Source of the DNA: an uncultured Candidatus Saccharibacteria bacterium
GTDB taxonomy: Bacteria; Patescibacteriota; Saccharimonadia; Saccharimonadales; AWTP1-31
Assembly (NCBI GenBank): GCA_964643545.1
Contig: CAZXTE010000001.1
Span: 85,839 to 149,838 of the forward strand
Length of the DNA: 64,000 nt
Direction of reading: 5' to 3'
The notes beneath the pieces are model-generated. The model worked only from the letters and a program-made list of their open reading frames with translations. It was not told where the DNA came from and did not search any database. Positions 63,773 to 64,000 of this stretch are shown piece by piece (the stretch's first letter is position 1; each line of letters begins with the position of its first letter). Made by a program: the position numbers and the translations under genes.

Positions 63773-64000
63773 TCCAGCTCAATCTATTACCAGAAGTTAA
63801 GTTACAGTACATGCGTACGAGAAACCTAAAACGCACTATTACGGTTGTGTCAGCGCTTATTGCTGGCAGCGCCCTAACTATATTTATCCTCATGTTTGTG
63901 ACGGTGGCCATTTTCCAGAAGAACCACCTAAAGAATCTAAGTGCGGATATTCAAACTGACTCCAAGAAACTTCAGGATACAAAAGATCTAAACAAAGTGC
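63769..64000 (+). CDS. pilN: type IV pilus assembly protein PilN (partial, continues past the window end)
   Basis: My translation from ATG 63769: MIQLNLLPEVKLQYMRTRNLKRTITVVSALIAGSALTIFILMFV... This shows the INLLP-type motif plus a TM segment. Confidence 0.8.
   Translation, partial: MIQLNLLPEVKLQYMRTRNLKRTITVVSALIAGSALTIFILMFVTVAIFQKNHLKNLSADIQTDSKKLQDTKDLNKV

Noticed and set aside
1-64000. CRISPR arrays, transposases, integrases, prophage genes, rRNA/tRNA genes
   Set aside because: I looked for regularly spaced direct repeats, DDE or tyrosine-recombinase-like ORFs and tRNA cloverleaf signatures in all intergenic regions and found none. A computational scan (tRNAscan, Infernal, a repeat finder) should confirm this.

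Overview
Compact, roughly 90% coding bacterial chromosome segment with about 70 protein genes. I found no rRNA, tRNA, CRISPR array, transposase or integrase by eye. All functional calls come from reading the supplied translations for family motifs; no database search was run. Most of the window is housekeeping: valS (partial), tsaD, a MurE-type ligase, groES-groEL behind a CIRCE operator, argS, mscL, msrB, orn, dnaG-rpoD, polA, folP, glmS, mutM, holA, rpsT, truB, rpsO-pnp, RNase J, ftsK, rpsF-ssb-rpsR, efp, tlyA and ychF, ending in pilM-pilN. The style is short gaps, ATGA/TAATG overlaps, near-consensus TTGACA-17-TATAGT promoters (some placed for leaderless mRNAs), few biosynthetic genes, type IV pilus genes, and many membrane-anchored hypothetical proteins with low-complexity tails. 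This fits a reduced-genome Patescibacteria/CPR organism, possibly Saccharibacteria, but that placement is inference only. The best candidate for an undescribed system is the accessory block at 53.3-62.7 kb, between ychF and pilMN. It holds a tandemly duplicated two-gene cassette: a secreted multidomain M64-like zinc metallopeptidase carrying two peptidoglycan-binding-like repeats, followed by a single-pass membrane partner of no family I recognise. The cassette is transcribed divergently from a 1177-aa membrane-anchored surface protein. Other notable items are: a three-gene lipid head-group operon with an archaeal-type CDP-archaeol-synthase-like gene; a divergent ATCase-like transcarbamylase behind a terminator-like attenuator; an orphan kinase-fold protein; DnaG with all four zinc ligands substituted; apparently catalytically degenerate HD-like and DHH-like proteins; and structured leaders upstream of valS and pnp, the latter with a 16-nt exact repeat shared between the pnp 5' UTR and its coding sequence.
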